Made by a program: the position numbers and the translations under genes. DNA of 64,000 nt from Camelus dromedarius (lineage: Eukaryota), in assembly GCF_036321535.1 (NCBI RefSeq), contig NC_087437.1:73906001-73970000 (forward strand), in the 5' to 3' direction. Positions 50,012 to 63,394 of the stretch are shown piece by piece (positions within the stretch are counted from its first letter, which is position 1; each line of letters begins with the position of its first letter). The notes beneath the pieces were generated by a model. It was not told the origin of the DNA. It did not search any database and saw nothing but the letters and a program-made list of their open reading frames with translations.

Positions 50012-52684
50012 CTGAAAGAAACACATGGTTCAGAAATCAGTTATGAGGACTATTCACCTTTATCATCAACACTCGGGAGACCAGCCTTTTCTATTCATGC
50101 TGCAACAGAAATGGTATACACATTTTCATAACTGACAGTTTGAAAATAAGCTCCCCTTAAATTACTTTTGAAATAGTAATATCAATATCACGAAACACTA
50201 ACCATTATCACGAAAGCAAAAAAAATCTGTTCCATTGTTCACTTAATATGCTTGCATTTTATTTTTTCAGTATAACTGAAAATAGCACACATAAGCAAAT
50301 TAAAATAATGTGTTCACATGTTTTCTTCTTTGAGTGATCCAAACTGTGTCATTTAATTTTGTTACTTATTTTCGATCTTGTTGCTAGAAAGGATGGTGCA
50401 GTACAGGGAAACAGTCGGTGTGTGTAGAACTGAAAGAGCTGGGAGACTCGCCTTCTGTTCCTCCTTCTACCCCAGGGCCATAAATCTCCCTGAGGGAGAT
50501 CCACTTCCCCAAGCCTCTCATCTCTTGTTTGAAAATGAGAAGTCTGGGCCAGATAGCCTCTAAAAATGGTTTCTGCATCAACAGTATGAATTTAAACCGC
50601 TGTCAAATTTCTACCCAGCAATCACTGAAATGAAAGGGACCTTTCCTCATCCTATCAGGCATTGTTACTTGAGATTGTTTTGTTTAAGATTCAACATTAT
50701 TAACAAGTAATATGTCTCTCATTGAACCTCTGGATATAATGTGACTATATCATAAAACATAACTAGATTGGGATCAAATCAGGTCAGCTCTTGCGTGGGG
50801 AAGACTGAGGATAGTCGGTGGGATTGTTATAGCAGAATGGTGCTTAGTGATAACTCTGTGGCCAAACTGCTGGACTGTAGGGCCCTAAGTGGATGATAAC
50901 ATGCAGCTAGTGAGTGCCAGTAGACCAGCCTCCAGGAGTTGGCTTTGAAAAAACCAATGAGGAGTAGGTGATTTGTTTGGGGCCTTGCCCAAATACTTTG
51001 GTTTCTTTTGTTCTACTGACTCACCTCCAAGTTCAAAGCAAGGAATGGAAAGTATCCCTGGCAAGAACTGGCAAGAGAAAGATTCTTGCTGCAAATTCGT
51101 CCCTTGAGGTTACTGTGTTCGATCAAAATTTTCACAGTCCATTCAATCCTGGGTCACTTCATGCCAACTTCTTTCTCTCCATGTCTGATGTTTTTCATCA
51201 ACAACCATACATGTGTGGAATTGGGCATTCCAGGGTAGAGGAGATGAAGTTCTCACCTTACAGGTTACTATCTAGTTGAGAAGATAATTGATAACTACTT
51301 TGTAACCAGGAATCTCATGTAAGATATTTAAAGCAAATCACCAATACACCCAGAATGCCCATTTAACTGATGTGTTAATCCCAACATTCTGAATTTATAT
51401 GTACAATCAGTCTACATTTACTACAATTTGGTGTCCATACAGTGATAAGTTTGCCAGAGGGAGCTATTACTGATTTACCAAAAAAAGAAGAAACCATCCT
51501 AAATTTAGTTTTGATGAAATGTCCTCAGTAAATTTGCATGTTCATGGAGTTTTTGTACAGAAATTAATGGAGTTGATTCTTTTGTTCAGCAACTAGTTAT
51601 TGAGTAGAGAGCATCTGTCACACAGCAGACATTACGCTAAGAACTAGGTATCAAGGACAGTTCTCCGTCGTAGGCAATATTTTAGCTGCCTGTCTACAGC
51701 CCGCTGGTGTTGAAGTTTAGTTGTTCGTGTTACTGAGATCCATCCTCTCAATACCTGAACTCAATCTCTTGAATGATGCTAGTATCTTACTAATTTCCTT
51801 ATGACTTCAAGGTGTCTTGGCAAATACTGTACACCATAGCCTAGAAGAAGTAATTAGTATTTGGGTCCAACAATGGCCTTGATTAAAAACTCTTGAGAAA
51901 GTTCAGATTGTTGGGGCTGATAGTGGAGAAGAATGAGAGTAAATAGAGTTTTATGTGAGCTGTAAAGAAAAGGCTTAGATGATGGAAGAATGGAGAAGAG
52001 GTAGCCTAGAGGGGCAATACTGCATTAACAAGGAAGGCAGTACAAATGTACCGAGCCTGTGAGGCACCTGGGATGATATGTAGAAAGAAGGTCCAAACAG
52101 TGAGAGACACATCAGAGCTTCAGGGTTGGGGGTTGTTTTACTGTCCTCTACTCCTCTCTTAAACACGGTGCTAGGCAAAGAGTTCATCACAAATTGGATT
52201 TAGAATGCTGGGTTTGTTCACATAAACTATGACTCAGGTAAACCACAGCCTTTCTTATGGTGCTGCACTGATATAATTCAGTATTGGATGGCTAGTTCTC
52301 AAACAGCTCTATTTGTTAAATTGATCAAATTATAGAGAAATTACAAAGCTCTAACACTTGGCTTTCTGCTTCTTGGAAAGTCCTCAAAATTACTCTTGCA
52401 GAAATGAAATGATAAATTTGATGCACACTAACATGTTTACATTTCTGATTTGTCTTATTTGTTAAACTCCGTAAATCATCAGAATTAGGTACTTAAAACC
52501 TGATGGGAATTTTAGGCAAATACTGTATTTTTCAATGTTACTGAGCTTTAAATCATCATGATTAAAATTTATTACATCCAAGTATCCCAATGCCCAACCT
52601 TATACTTGTTGCATTGCTTGGTCTTGATAATTATTTTACTTTCATTTTAATTAAGAAGTGATTCATTTTACTGTTAAACGCTAC

Positions 52685-53060
52685 TTTTTAAAATTTTTGA
52701 ATAGGTAAGATATTTATGAAGCCAAAATTATAGATACATACATATATTTGTTTGTAAACATATGTGTGTGTGCATGTGTATGGGTTTACTAGAAAAATTT
52801 TTTCCTTTCAACCCCTTTCACCATCCTCCAAGATCCCATTCCACAGTGCTCCCACCACTGCCAACAAATAAACACTGTTGTTACATTTTTATATCCTTCC
52901 AAATATTTTATAAATGTCCAAGTAAGTAGCAATACAAACTAGCTTTCACCCCGTTTTTACTTAGTGGGTTAGTGTAGTCATTACCCTGCACTGCACCTTG
53001 CTTTTTCCACTTGAAATCTACATTGTGAAGATGTTTTCATGCCATTACCTAAGGGTTCCC
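52685..53060 (-). mobile_element. L1ME-like 3' fragment
   Basis: 'aacactgttgttacatttttatatccttcca...ctgcaccttgctttttccactt'. Confidence 0.55.
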
Positions 53061-53719
53061 TAGCCTTCATCCATTATTTTAACTGAAAAAAATTATTTGC
53101 TGTATTTCTTGTTTCAAATCACTCTTGGAGAAAGGAGAGTTATGAATGACTGTAGGATCAACTGCTGCTGGTCCAAGAAACAGTCACAACAGTCATGGGG
53201 TAGTTGTTATCTCATTGTAATGAAACACAGACTTATGTGGAAGGAAAGTGTATCTACATTCCAAATATTTCTCACATCCTCCTCTCTAAACCAGCATTGT
53301 CTTGTAAACCTTTTACATCAATACTTCACATCTCTAGATTTGATACTGAAAGTGTTAACTTATCCGATTAATAGAGTGAAATAAATCTAATTCAGGTCCT
53401 TCTTAATGGGAGGGACCTGTGACCTGTGTTTGTTAGGAACACTTGTTAGTAAAGTGTAAACTACTAACTCTGGAGATGACTGAGGCAGAGAGGATTCAGC
53501 CTGTCACTTCCCTCAGGCTCCGCCTTCCCCTGTTCTAGTGGCTTTTGCTGATTTTCCTAATCACTTCTTTCCTGTCGGTAAAGATGCTTCTCATTTCTGC
53601 TACTCTTTCTCACCACTTCAACAGTTCACTAACAGATTTGATTTCCTGACCACCGGGAATTTGTCTTTCCTTCCTTCTTTTCTCTTTCATCCTGTGCAGA
53701 TGGCTTTGGCACAGGCAGG

Positions 53720-54125
53720 GCGTGGTGCTAACAGTTAGCTTGGCCCCTGTGAATTATTAGTGCTATTTGACAAAAGTTTTCAGCTATCCCCATTCAAAGC
53801 ATTTGGTAGCTTGCATTTTGAGGACCTCTTTGGGGTCAGGTGGGGGTCGGTAACTAATTCCAGTCAATAAGCTGTAGTTAGAAGTAGGTGTGTCACTTCC
53901 TGGCTGAGTATTCAATGACCTGTGTGAGGCAGGAGGGGGTCTTCCCTTTTCCTCTGTCACAGGGACTGGGAATGTTCATGTTAGTGACTTTGCTGAGAAA
54001 CTGAGGTCCAGAGTGATGACAATAAGCAAATCCCTACTTACCAACACAAAACAGGTGTGATGTATATGCAAAATAAGTCTTTGTTTAAACCAATGAGATT
54101 TGGAGGTACTTGTTACCATGGCATT
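53720..54125 (+). mobile_element. Old MLT1 LTR
   Basis: 'agaagtaggtgtgtcacttcctggctgag...tttaaaccaatgagatttggaggtacttgttaccatggcat'. Confidence 0.7.
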
Positions 54126-56152
54126 TTACCTCATCTATAACCTACTCTGCTCAGCCACGGAGAACACTTTGTCCTACTTGTTAATGAATGAACAGCACAT
54201 TGTAGTTTCCTTGCATTTTACCTAGTCATGGGGGCAAGGTAGAGAGAGGATACCCTTCCAGAAGTAGCCTATTAGTGTTTTTTATTTTTACTTCCAAGTT
54301 CAAGGCTTTTTTGGAGGCTGACACCATAGATCTGACAGCTGAATCACTGACAGAGCAGGGGAACACCCGATTAGAGGCAAAGAAGATGATGCAATACGGA
54401 GCTTGGCATTGGGAAAGGGCTAGTGGTGGAAAAGTGAGCTATGGGTGGAGGTGATGGGAAGAAGGACTATACAGCAGGCCTCCTAACACAAAGAGCATAA
54501 TGTAGAGTACGGGGGTACTCAAGACACCAGCCAGCATCAGAGAGAACACCAACTGAAGTGACAGGTGCCTTTGGCTGACAAGCAGAGCACAGATCTAGGA
54601 TACCTTGCGTAGCAAGACAAGCCAGAGCTTAGTCAGACACCTGGCTTTTAGGCCTGAGACCACGATTCTGGGAGGACTGGCAAGGACAAAGTAGTTTCCC
54701 AAAGCTGAGGATGCTGTCCTATCCTAGTAATCAAGAGAGGTGCCTGGACTAGGGAGTCCAAAGCACAAGCCCATTCTGCAACATGGGTATAAGGTCACAA
54801 GTTAACCCCAGGAACATGGCAGAGGCCCGGTTACTGTGTGGTGTGGCTCATGGTCTGGATCAGAACAGCCACAGTAGTGAAGATGCTGAGTGAAAGTACA
54901 AAATGCATTAGGTTTCTCCTGTTTATGTTCAGGACTAGTTCTAGATATTGGGGTGGACTTGATCTTGCAAATAAAGGTCAAGAGATCTCAAACTTAGAAA
55001 AAGGAGCCATGCTGAAGGAGGAGACCTGGGACACCCTTACCAGTTGAAGAACTACTGTTTTCTTCTACTTTGGTTTTTCTCTGTTTTGCCCTTAATTACA
55101 TTATGTGAATAATCAGGATTGCTGTAAGTGTAAGCAGAGTAATGAAAGAATAGAATACATCAGTAGCTTGACTCGATTCTCACCTGTTCATCCTGATGTG
55201 CATGTTTCCCTCCGACTATGTATGGTTTTTGTCAGCACCTGTTTCTGAGTGACCCGCAAACAGTGCGTTGTTTCCAATGTATATGACCCTGGTTGCCTCT
55301 CAGTTACATTTAGTATATCCCCCCACCCCCACCCCCACCCCCACACACAGCTTCAGGCTGCTTCAGAGTTGGCCTGGGCTCACAAACCTTTACTTCAGTG
55401 CTCTGCCAATATGGCCAAGTGGTTTGACCCAGCTTTTTAGGTAGGATTTGGACAGGTTCCACGGCAATAAATGTAATGATGCCAACTGTATAGGGTGATC
55501 CTGATGCTTCCTGGAACCTAAAGAGGTCTCATGGGTATGATCTTTCTACTCAAAAGACAGAACTATTTTCTATATAATACAAGCAATCTGGGCAATTAAG
55601 GTTTATCCTTTTCCACAGAAATAAGAAAATACAAATTAATTTTGAAGAGTAGAAAGAGGAAAAAAGAGAAAACAGGCCTTTTATAGAGCAAAATGACAGT
55701 TTTATAAGATAAAACAAACATAGCTCCAAGTAAAGTTACCATGGTTTAAACTAATTCTTGAATGAGAGTCTGGAGGTCTACACAACAAGAACGGCTTTAT
55801 CTCTGACCTGTTTTCTACCTGGATAAACATGATATAATATCTGTTTTCAGTAAAATAAAAGGGGGAGCACTGGACTAATCTACCTCCAAGGTCACATCTA
55901 ATACAAAATTATAATTATTATTTTAAGAGAGATTTTTCAGGTCAGTCTCTGATTTAAAAATTGATGTAAAAAATGCAATCATATTTTATTTTAGGATGAA
56001 CTGTACAGAAAAAAGAAATCTGTATTTAATCATTAGAACTTTTATATTTTGAAAAGCATAGTGACAAATCCCATTTACTAAGTTTATTTTGGACCAGGCA
56101 CTCACTAAGATTTTACTCATATGGTCTCAGAACTCAGTGCTCCTTATAACCT

Positions 56153-56540
56153 TGCATTAGTCTGCTGGTGCTGCCACAACAAAGATAGGTGGCTTAAAGA
56201 ACAGAAACTTAGGTTCTCACAGTCTGGAAGCCTGAGATGAAGGTACTGGAGAGACTGGTTCCTTTTGAGAGCCAGGAGGAAGGATCTGTTCTAAGCTTCT
56301 CCCCGTGTTTTGCAGGTGGTCACCTCCCTCTGTTTCTTCACATTGTTCTCTCTCTGTGTCTGTTACAGTGTTCAAATTTCCTCTTATAAGAACATCAGTC
56401 ATATTGTATGAGGGCCAACCCAAATAATCTCATTTTCATTTAATTACTTCTATAAAATCACATCTCCAAATATTTTAAGGTACTGAAAATTAGCATCTCA
56501 ACATATGGATTAGGGAGGGACACAAGTTAGCCCAGAGCAA
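56153..56540 (-). mobile_element. MLT1A/B-like LTR
   Basis: 'ggtggcttaaagaacagaaa...ttcctcttataagaacatcagtcatattg...ggagggacacaa'. Confidence 0.85.
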
Positions 56541-57269
56541 ACTTTATGAAAAATGGTATTTTGGGATAATATAAAAACACATAAAGAAGAAAAGTTATAA
56601 TCACACCACTATCCCACCTTATAGTGCTTTACTAGCATTTTCCCTATTTGAAAAAGAAAGAAACTGAAAAATAAGATGATTTGTTCTGGATCACAGGGCC
56701 ATAGGAATAGTTGAACACAAGTCCATTTCACTTGTAGCCCCTACTTCTGCTACCCATTCTTGCTTTCAGACAATGTAAATGATAAGGAATTGAAAACTGT
56801 ACTGCTTCTGACTGTAGTCACAATAGCAAGTTATTTTAAGAGTTAAAACAGTCTTCTATGGAACTCAAGTACATATTAATTATCGGAGGAAAAGAGAAAA
56901 AAAGAATACAATGCATGCTAACTTTCCAGAGATGGATATTTGGCCTTAAACTATATAATTATTTATAAAATATGTTCAATGTTTTTTTCCCCAATGATAA
57001 AAATAATGCATATCTATTGTAGTATTTGGATGATACGAAAATTTATAAAGAAGAAAATTTATAATCACACTGCCATTCCATCTTGTAGAGTTAAATATTA
57101 ATAATATTTTCTCTTTCTAGCATTTTAAGTAAATGTATACTGATACATTATATATAGTTTAAAACCTCGTTTTGTTTTGTTTTTTTTTTACTAAAAATAG
57201 TATGTAATTAACCTTCCTTGTCCAATTTATCATTATTTGGTACCATGACATTTTCTTATAAATTCATAT

Positions 57270-59030
57270 ATAGAAAAAAGTTTCCAATCCATAGAAAAGT
57301 TATAAAAATCCTCAAAGCACTCTAGTTATTCATCAGATTTCCCAGTTGTTAATACCTAACCATATTCGTCTTTTTGTGCTTTTCTGTGTGTGTGCATGTG
57401 TTTCCTAAAAATGAGGACACCGAATTGCTTATTATAGCACTATTATGAAAGGTTAAAAGCTAACACTGATACAGTACTATTACCTAACATACAGATCACG
57501 TTCATGTTTTGCCCATTGTCCTTATAATGTCATTTATAGCATAACTTGTAGAAGAAACTTCAGAAGAAACTCTGCTCTGGGATTTCATCTAGGGTCACAC
57601 ATTCTAATCAGTTCTCCCTAGACTTTATTCAACTTGAACAGCTCTTTAGTCCACCTTGGTCTTCATGGCCTTGATCTCTTTAAAGAGTACAGACCAGTTA
57701 TCATGTAGAACGCAACCCTCAGCCTGGGTTTTATTATATCCCCTCAAGATTATGTTTCTGTGTTTTTCACCAAGTGACATCTTGTCCTTCTTAGCACAAT
57801 CTAGCAAGAGGTATGTGATGCTGCTTTGCCTAACTGCTTGTGATATTAAACTTGATCACTGTATTAAAATGAGGTCTACCAGGTTTTTCTTTACAGGAAA
57901 ATAATTAGCATGTGCCTTTGGGAAATATAGGCAAATAGAACAGAATAAAGAATCCAGAAACAAAACCACACAAATATGATCAATGGATTTTCAACAAAGG
58001 TATCAGCATTTAAATGGGAATAATTTTTTCAACCAACTATGCTGAAAAACTGCAAAACTATTTAATAATTGAACATAAACCCTGACCTCACAACATATAT
58101 AAAAAAACACAAAATGGATTTTATACCTAATATGAGCTCTAATTATAAAATGTCTAGAAGAAAACATATAAGAACAGTTTAGTGACTTTGACTTTGGCAA
58201 TATTTCTTAAATAAAACAGTAAAATTCCAAGCTATAAGAGGAAAATAAAATCAACTAATTGAACTACATCAACATTGAATCTTTTGCTCCTAATAGACAC
58301 TGTTTTAAAAAATGAAACAACAAACTACAGACAGGGAATTTTTAAAAATATACATTTAACAAAGGATTTGTACCCAAGTAAATTCTACAGATCACAGAAC
58401 ATCATAGTGCCTATAGTTAATAGTAAGGTATTGTGTGCTTAAAAACTTGTTAAAAGAGTAGATTTCATGTTGTTTTCCTACCACAAAGAAGTACGCACAC
58501 ATACACACACAACAGAAGAGGGGCATAAGGAAACTTTTGGAAGTGATTTATATATTTATTACTTTGATTGTGGTAACATGAATGTATGTATATGTCCAAA
58601 ACCACCAAATTGTGTAAAATAGTTTTGTGCAGATTTTTGTATACCAATTATACCTCAATAAATGTATAAAAAAAGACTTGTAAACAAATGTTTATAGTAA
58701 CTTCATTTTTAATAGCCAAAAACAGAACAGGAAACAGTCCACAAATCTATCAACTTGTAAATGGATACCCAAATTTTGTTGTATCCATACCATGAGATGG
58801 CACTCAACAGTAAGAAGCCATGAACTCTTCCTACATGCAACAATATGGATGTCATAGTTGTGCTGAGGGAGAAAAGCTGGAACCCCACCCCACTAAATGT
58901 ACAGACTATAGGATTCCATGTATATAAATTATTTTAAAAATGCAAAATAATCTATAATTATGGGGAGCAGATCATTGGTTGCCTGAGGGCAAGAATGATA
59001 AGGGCATGGTGAAGGGGAAGGCCGGGATTA
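57270..59030. mobile_element. Cluster of old L1 fragments (L1MC4-like 3' end on minus to ~57900; L1M ORF2/3'UTR on plus from ~57915)
   Basis: 'aacagaataaagaatccagaaacaaaaccacacaaatatg', 'tctagaagaaaacata', 'ccaattatacctcaataaa'. Confidence 0.8.
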
Positions 59031-59034
59031 CAGA

Positions 59035-59478
59035 GTTAAAGGGTATGCCTGTGAGAATGTTTCTGGAAGAGATCAGCATTTGAATCAGTAGACTGAGTAA
59101 AGAGATCCACCCTCACCAAGGCAGGTGGGCACCACCCCAGCTATCAAGGGCCCCAATGAAACAAAAAGGTGGAAGATGGGTGACTGCTGCTCCCTTCCTC
59201 AACAGAGACATCCATCTCCTCCCACTCTCAGACAGTACAGCTCCTGGTTCTCAGGCCTTTGGCCTTGGACTGGGAGTCACACTGTCTGTGACCCTCATTC
59301 TCAGGCCATCAGACTTGAACCGAATGACACCACCGGCTTTCCTGTTCTCCAGCTTGCAAACAGCAGAGTGGGGGCCTTGGCCTCCTTAGGTATGTAAGCT
59401 AATTTCTATACTAAATTTCCTCATATATGTATATTCTTACATTGATTCTATTTCTCTGGAGAATCTGACTAATATAGA
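59035..59478 (+). mobile_element. MLT2 solo LTR fragment
   Basis: 'agagatcagcatttgaatcagtagactgagtaaagagatccaccctcacc...tttctctggagaatctgactaata'. Confidence 0.9.
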
Positions 59479-60459
59479 TACTAATAATATCTAATACCTA
59501 ATTTTTAAGGAAGCTCAAACTTACACAAAAATACTTAGCACTGTGCCTGGAACGTGGTAAGTACTTAATACATGTTAGTGTGTTTTTATTGGGTTTAGAG
59601 TTTTAAATCTACTTTGTTAAAACAAAAATGTTCATGAGAACATATTAATCTCATTGATCCACTCGTGTTCTTAAAATGATTTAATTAAGTAGATGCTACA
59701 TGCTAGGTACCAGTGTTAGGTACCAGTGATAGAAAAATGACTTTCACATAGTCCCTGCCCTCAAAGAGCTCCTAACCTGGCAAATTGATTTGAATTCTTA
59801 TAAATACTCTTAGTCTTCAGCACACAATTTAACATTTCATTATATACAGCTTTGCATTGTTGGCTATTATTTTCTCTCTCTTCTATTAAATTCTGTTCTA
59901 TTCTATTAGGGCTCATCTATTCAACGAAATAATAAAATCATAGCAATGGAAGGATCTTTGTCGCTGAGTGTGGCTCCTCAGGTAACATGGAAGGAAGCTA
60001 AGGTCTTGGGGCAGCGTGGGAGGAGGCCCAGAGAGAGGGAGGGACAGTCTGATTTCACACAATGACAGCTCAAAGCTATAGCTTGGGTCTCCAGACCCTG
60101 CCTAGGACTCTCTTTCCTCAACAAATCACTAGACATTAACTTCCTAGGAGCAGGACATTGCCCTGCACTTGGTGGCACTCTCTAAAACTAGTATTCTTCC
60201 GTTCTGACACATTTAGGGGCCCTGTTTCGGTAGTCACAACCTTTCTGCATGGCCCACTGAACATCATTTTTATAATCTGTGTTGTATCCCACTACTCTCT
60301 GGGTACAAATGAGGTCTTATTAAAATGAAAATAAATAGCAGTTATTAGACCCCTATCTCCTGATGCAAGACCTCAGTCTGCCCTCTCTCCTTCCTCAACA
60401 CGTGCTTCAGTCGTCTGGAGCATTCCCACAGACACACATCGCCAGCCCCACATGCTCAC

Positions 60460-60550
60460 CTTTGCTCCTCCTCAGTATCTTTCTTCAGGTGATCTGCAGG
60501 GAGTGCGCACCCATCTGGCGTGACTGTTCTTGTGCCTGCTGCACTGAGGT
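60460..60550 (-). pseudogene. Pseudo-exon, 91 nt
   Basis: gctcacaccttcctccgcag|AC...CAAAG|gtgagc (strong sites); one frame open: LSAAGTRTVTPDGCALPADHLKKDTEEEQ. Confidence 0.55.
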
Positions 60551-61421
60551 CTGCGGAGGAAGGTGTGAGCGCGTCTGTAAGCGCGGAGCTAACGGGGCAG
60601 TGCTGATGGGAGGGAGGTGGCATCTCCCCCTCCCCGAAGGAGAATCCTCAAGTGGCACGTCCTAAAGCACAGTCTTCCAGGACTTTACAATACGTCTTTT
60701 TTAGCTGCCGATCTTTACATCCCTGCCCCTCAGATCTCCATATCAGTCCCTCAAGCCCAGTGGGGCCAAATCGGGAAAGATGGTGAAGGCAAAGGCAAAA
60801 GAAAGTTCAGTTTTCTCTCCTTGCATGTCAGGTGCCCCTGTACGGGGTGGGCTCAAATAAAATAACAAACAATAAACAGCTCTTTCTTCCTTTAGTTAAG
60901 CAACCAAACCCAAAGCCTCCCGCTGTATCATCTTATATAACAGATGTCCACAGGGGTGACTGGCCACTTGTTCCACAAACAAATACAAAATTCTAAATTT
61001 GGTTTCTTCTTAGATAAAACACCTGGCTAAATTTGCTTTCACAAATGAAGAAATCAAAACCTAGAGAGGCAGACTGACTTTCTCCTATATAATGAAACAA
61101 GTTGGTACTAGTGCTGGGATTAGCGCCCAGAATTACATCTGTGCCAATTGTCATTTCTAAAAAGTGTCTCATTATAAAATAAAAACATTCCTCTCTGAAT
61201 AATAACAGTTTATTATGATGAACAGAGGCAGTTTATCGTGTGATGAGTGAAACATGAATGTATGTATATTTTTTTCAAAGTTGGTTCTTTACACTTAAAA
61301 TGAGCCTTTACAGTGAATTTGATGGTTATGATAATAATACCCTTTATGTGGACACCAAGAAAAAAAAAAGAAGAAGAAGAAAGAAAGGAGAAGAAAATTA
61401 ATAGTTCCTTATTTCCTATAC

Positions 61422-62224
61422 AAAGTGCCTTGGAACAAATTCTGTATTTCAGGAGATTTAGGATATCCCAGCTGTAGGCTAAAACAGCAAGAGAACGAAT
61501 AGATCTTCATTTTCAGCATTTCCGTTAAAATTGCTTTTGTTCTGTCCTTGCATCCATAATATATGTGATATTTCCAGACCAAATACACTGTTTATGTCTA
61601 AGATGGATCAGCCAACTTCAAGAAGCTTGTTGAATATATTTTCAAACTTTTCGTAGTTGCGGCTGTTAATGGAACTGATTGAATTTACAAAGTAACTCGC
61701 TCCAGGTTTTGCATGGAAGCAAGGTCATTGTCTCCATTACTCTGCTAAAATAACATTTTTTGCTGTGACAGATGGGCAAACCATGATTCTGTGCTTAATT
61801 TTCCTTTTAAAATTCAGACAGATCCTCTCTGCTCAGTCAACCAGTTTTCTTATTTTGTAGTCTGTGTGACACCTTAAAAAAAGAGACCGTTCTTTTGTTT
61901 TAAAACAGTTGCCATAATAATGCCTCTCTTTGTTTTTTTAATGAGGTTTAGTTTTCAGACTCTTAGACTGGGTTCTGACGACCTCAATGGTCTATCTTCA
62001 AATAAGCGAGATAGTCCTTTTCCTTTCAATGTATGTGCTTCTTCAGACCCAGTTAAAAACACTGACTTGCCAATACTTGCTGCTTCAAACTGTTGAAGGC
62101 AGTTTGTCCTGTGGCAGCATCAACTGAAAAACATCACTACGCTGTAGTGGAATTCAATATTTAGGATTCCAAATGGTTTTTGCAAAGCAAAGGGGACTAT
62201 CTCACTCAAGAATTGTTTCTGCAC
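61422..62224 (-). pseudogene. Large pseudo-exon (3' end uncertain)
   Basis: Acceptor gccctttacag|GTG; phase-0 frame open for 56 codons (VQKQFLSEIVPFALQKPFGILNIEFHYSVVMFSVDAATGQTAFNSLKQQVLASQCF*), matching the preceding exon's phase; later protein-like run FHAKPGASYFVNSISSINSRNYEKFENIFNKLLEVG*SILDINSVFGLEISHILWMQ; donor weak (gtatag). Confidence 0.55.
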
Positions 62225-62254
62225 CTGTAAAGGGCATGGAAAGTTTCTTCACTT

Positions 62255-62288
<34 letters not shown>

Positions 62289-62467
62289 TCTTGCTCAATA
62301 TTTCAAATACTAGCTAAATTTTTTAGATGTGTTCAATGATTTTTTTCCTTCATCAGATAGGAATTTTAAATGATCAGGATAAACAGTATAAAAAGGGAGC
62401 GCATGACACTTTTCAATCCTTACAAGTCACTGGAGTATCACTATAGTAACTTACAATTATATTACTA

Positions 62468-62795
62468 TTTTTTAAAATAACTTTATTGTGGTATGATTTC
62501 TGTACAGTAAACTACACATATTTCAGATGTACAATTTGATGAATTTTAAAAGATGTATACACCTGTGAAATCACCGCCACAATCAAGATACCTGACATTT
62601 CCATCACTCCCCAAGAAGTGCAAATTTTCAATTCCCAAATTATCCCTTTCCACCCCGTTTATCCCCTGGTAACCATGAATCTGTTCTTTATGTCTGTGAG
62701 TCTTTTTCTGTCTTGTAAATAAGTTCATTTGTGTCTTTTTTTTTTTTTTTTAAGATTCTACATATAAGCGATATCATATGGTATTTTTCTTTACA
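62468..62795 (-). mobile_element. L1MB-like 3' end followed by a young L1 3'UTR fragment
   Basis: 'aactttattgtggtatgattt...tgtacaatttgatgaatttt'; 'agattctacatataagcgatatcatatggtatttttct'. Confidence 0.8.
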
Positions 62796-63270
62796 TTTCT
62801 ATTTTCAAACAAAAGTAAAGTGTCTTTGTTCAAACTCCCTCTTACAGAGACTTGCTGAAGGGTAAAACAGCCTCAGAACTGGAGTATGCGCCTTGGGCTC
62901 TGATGGCTCTGGCTCTTGGAGATGTGGAAAATTCCATTTGCATTGCCCTGGAGTGCTTGGTTGATCATAGAGAAATTAGGGAGAGCCAACTCCTTTGAGG
63001 ATTACTGATGCATTTATTTTTGAGCATTTAAAACAGTAAACTTTATCAATATTTATGTAGACATTGGCCCAGTATCAAATATTTGAATAACTGAGAAATA
63101 GACACATATATAAGATTAAGAATTTAAAACATTTGCACAGTAAATATTTATTCCATTAGTGGAAAATAAAGCTTTTCAAATTATATATACTAAATTTTAC
63201 GAACATTATTAAAGAAATATTTCCGTTCTTTCTTGTTCTTCATTAGATACATAGTTGTTAATAATATTAC

Positions 63271-63394
63271 CTTACAAGTCTCAGTGCTTTTAACATTTCA
63301 AAGCATCTATGTTCTTAGATATCTTTCTATATATTCTAAAATATTTCTGGCTTTCCTTCTTAAGACATGGTATAGGTCAAGAGCTATATGCCAG
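63271..63394 (-). pseudogene. Pseudo-exon, 124 nt
   Basis: tatccttttacag|C...TGTAAG|gtaata; frame WHIALDLYHVLRRKARNILEYIERYLRT*ML*NVKSTETCK, ends phase 0. Confidence 0.6.

Larger units (their letters stand above)
598..63394 (-). pseudogene. Large multi-exon unprocessed pseudogene of an unrecognised protein; probably extends beyond both window ends
   Basis: About 18 co-oriented minus-strand segments in non-repeat DNA, each with pyrimidine-tract/AG and GT donor. Many junctions are phase-compatible, several lengths are multiples of 3 (165, 228, 231, 243), and the frames carry TGA/TAA/TAG stops and apparent frameshifts. Confidence 0.72.

Noticed and set aside
56581..57090. ~45-bp imperfect direct repeat (ataaagaagaaaa.ttataatcacac)
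   Set aside because: Low complexity and L1ME-tail-like; most likely an old local duplication.
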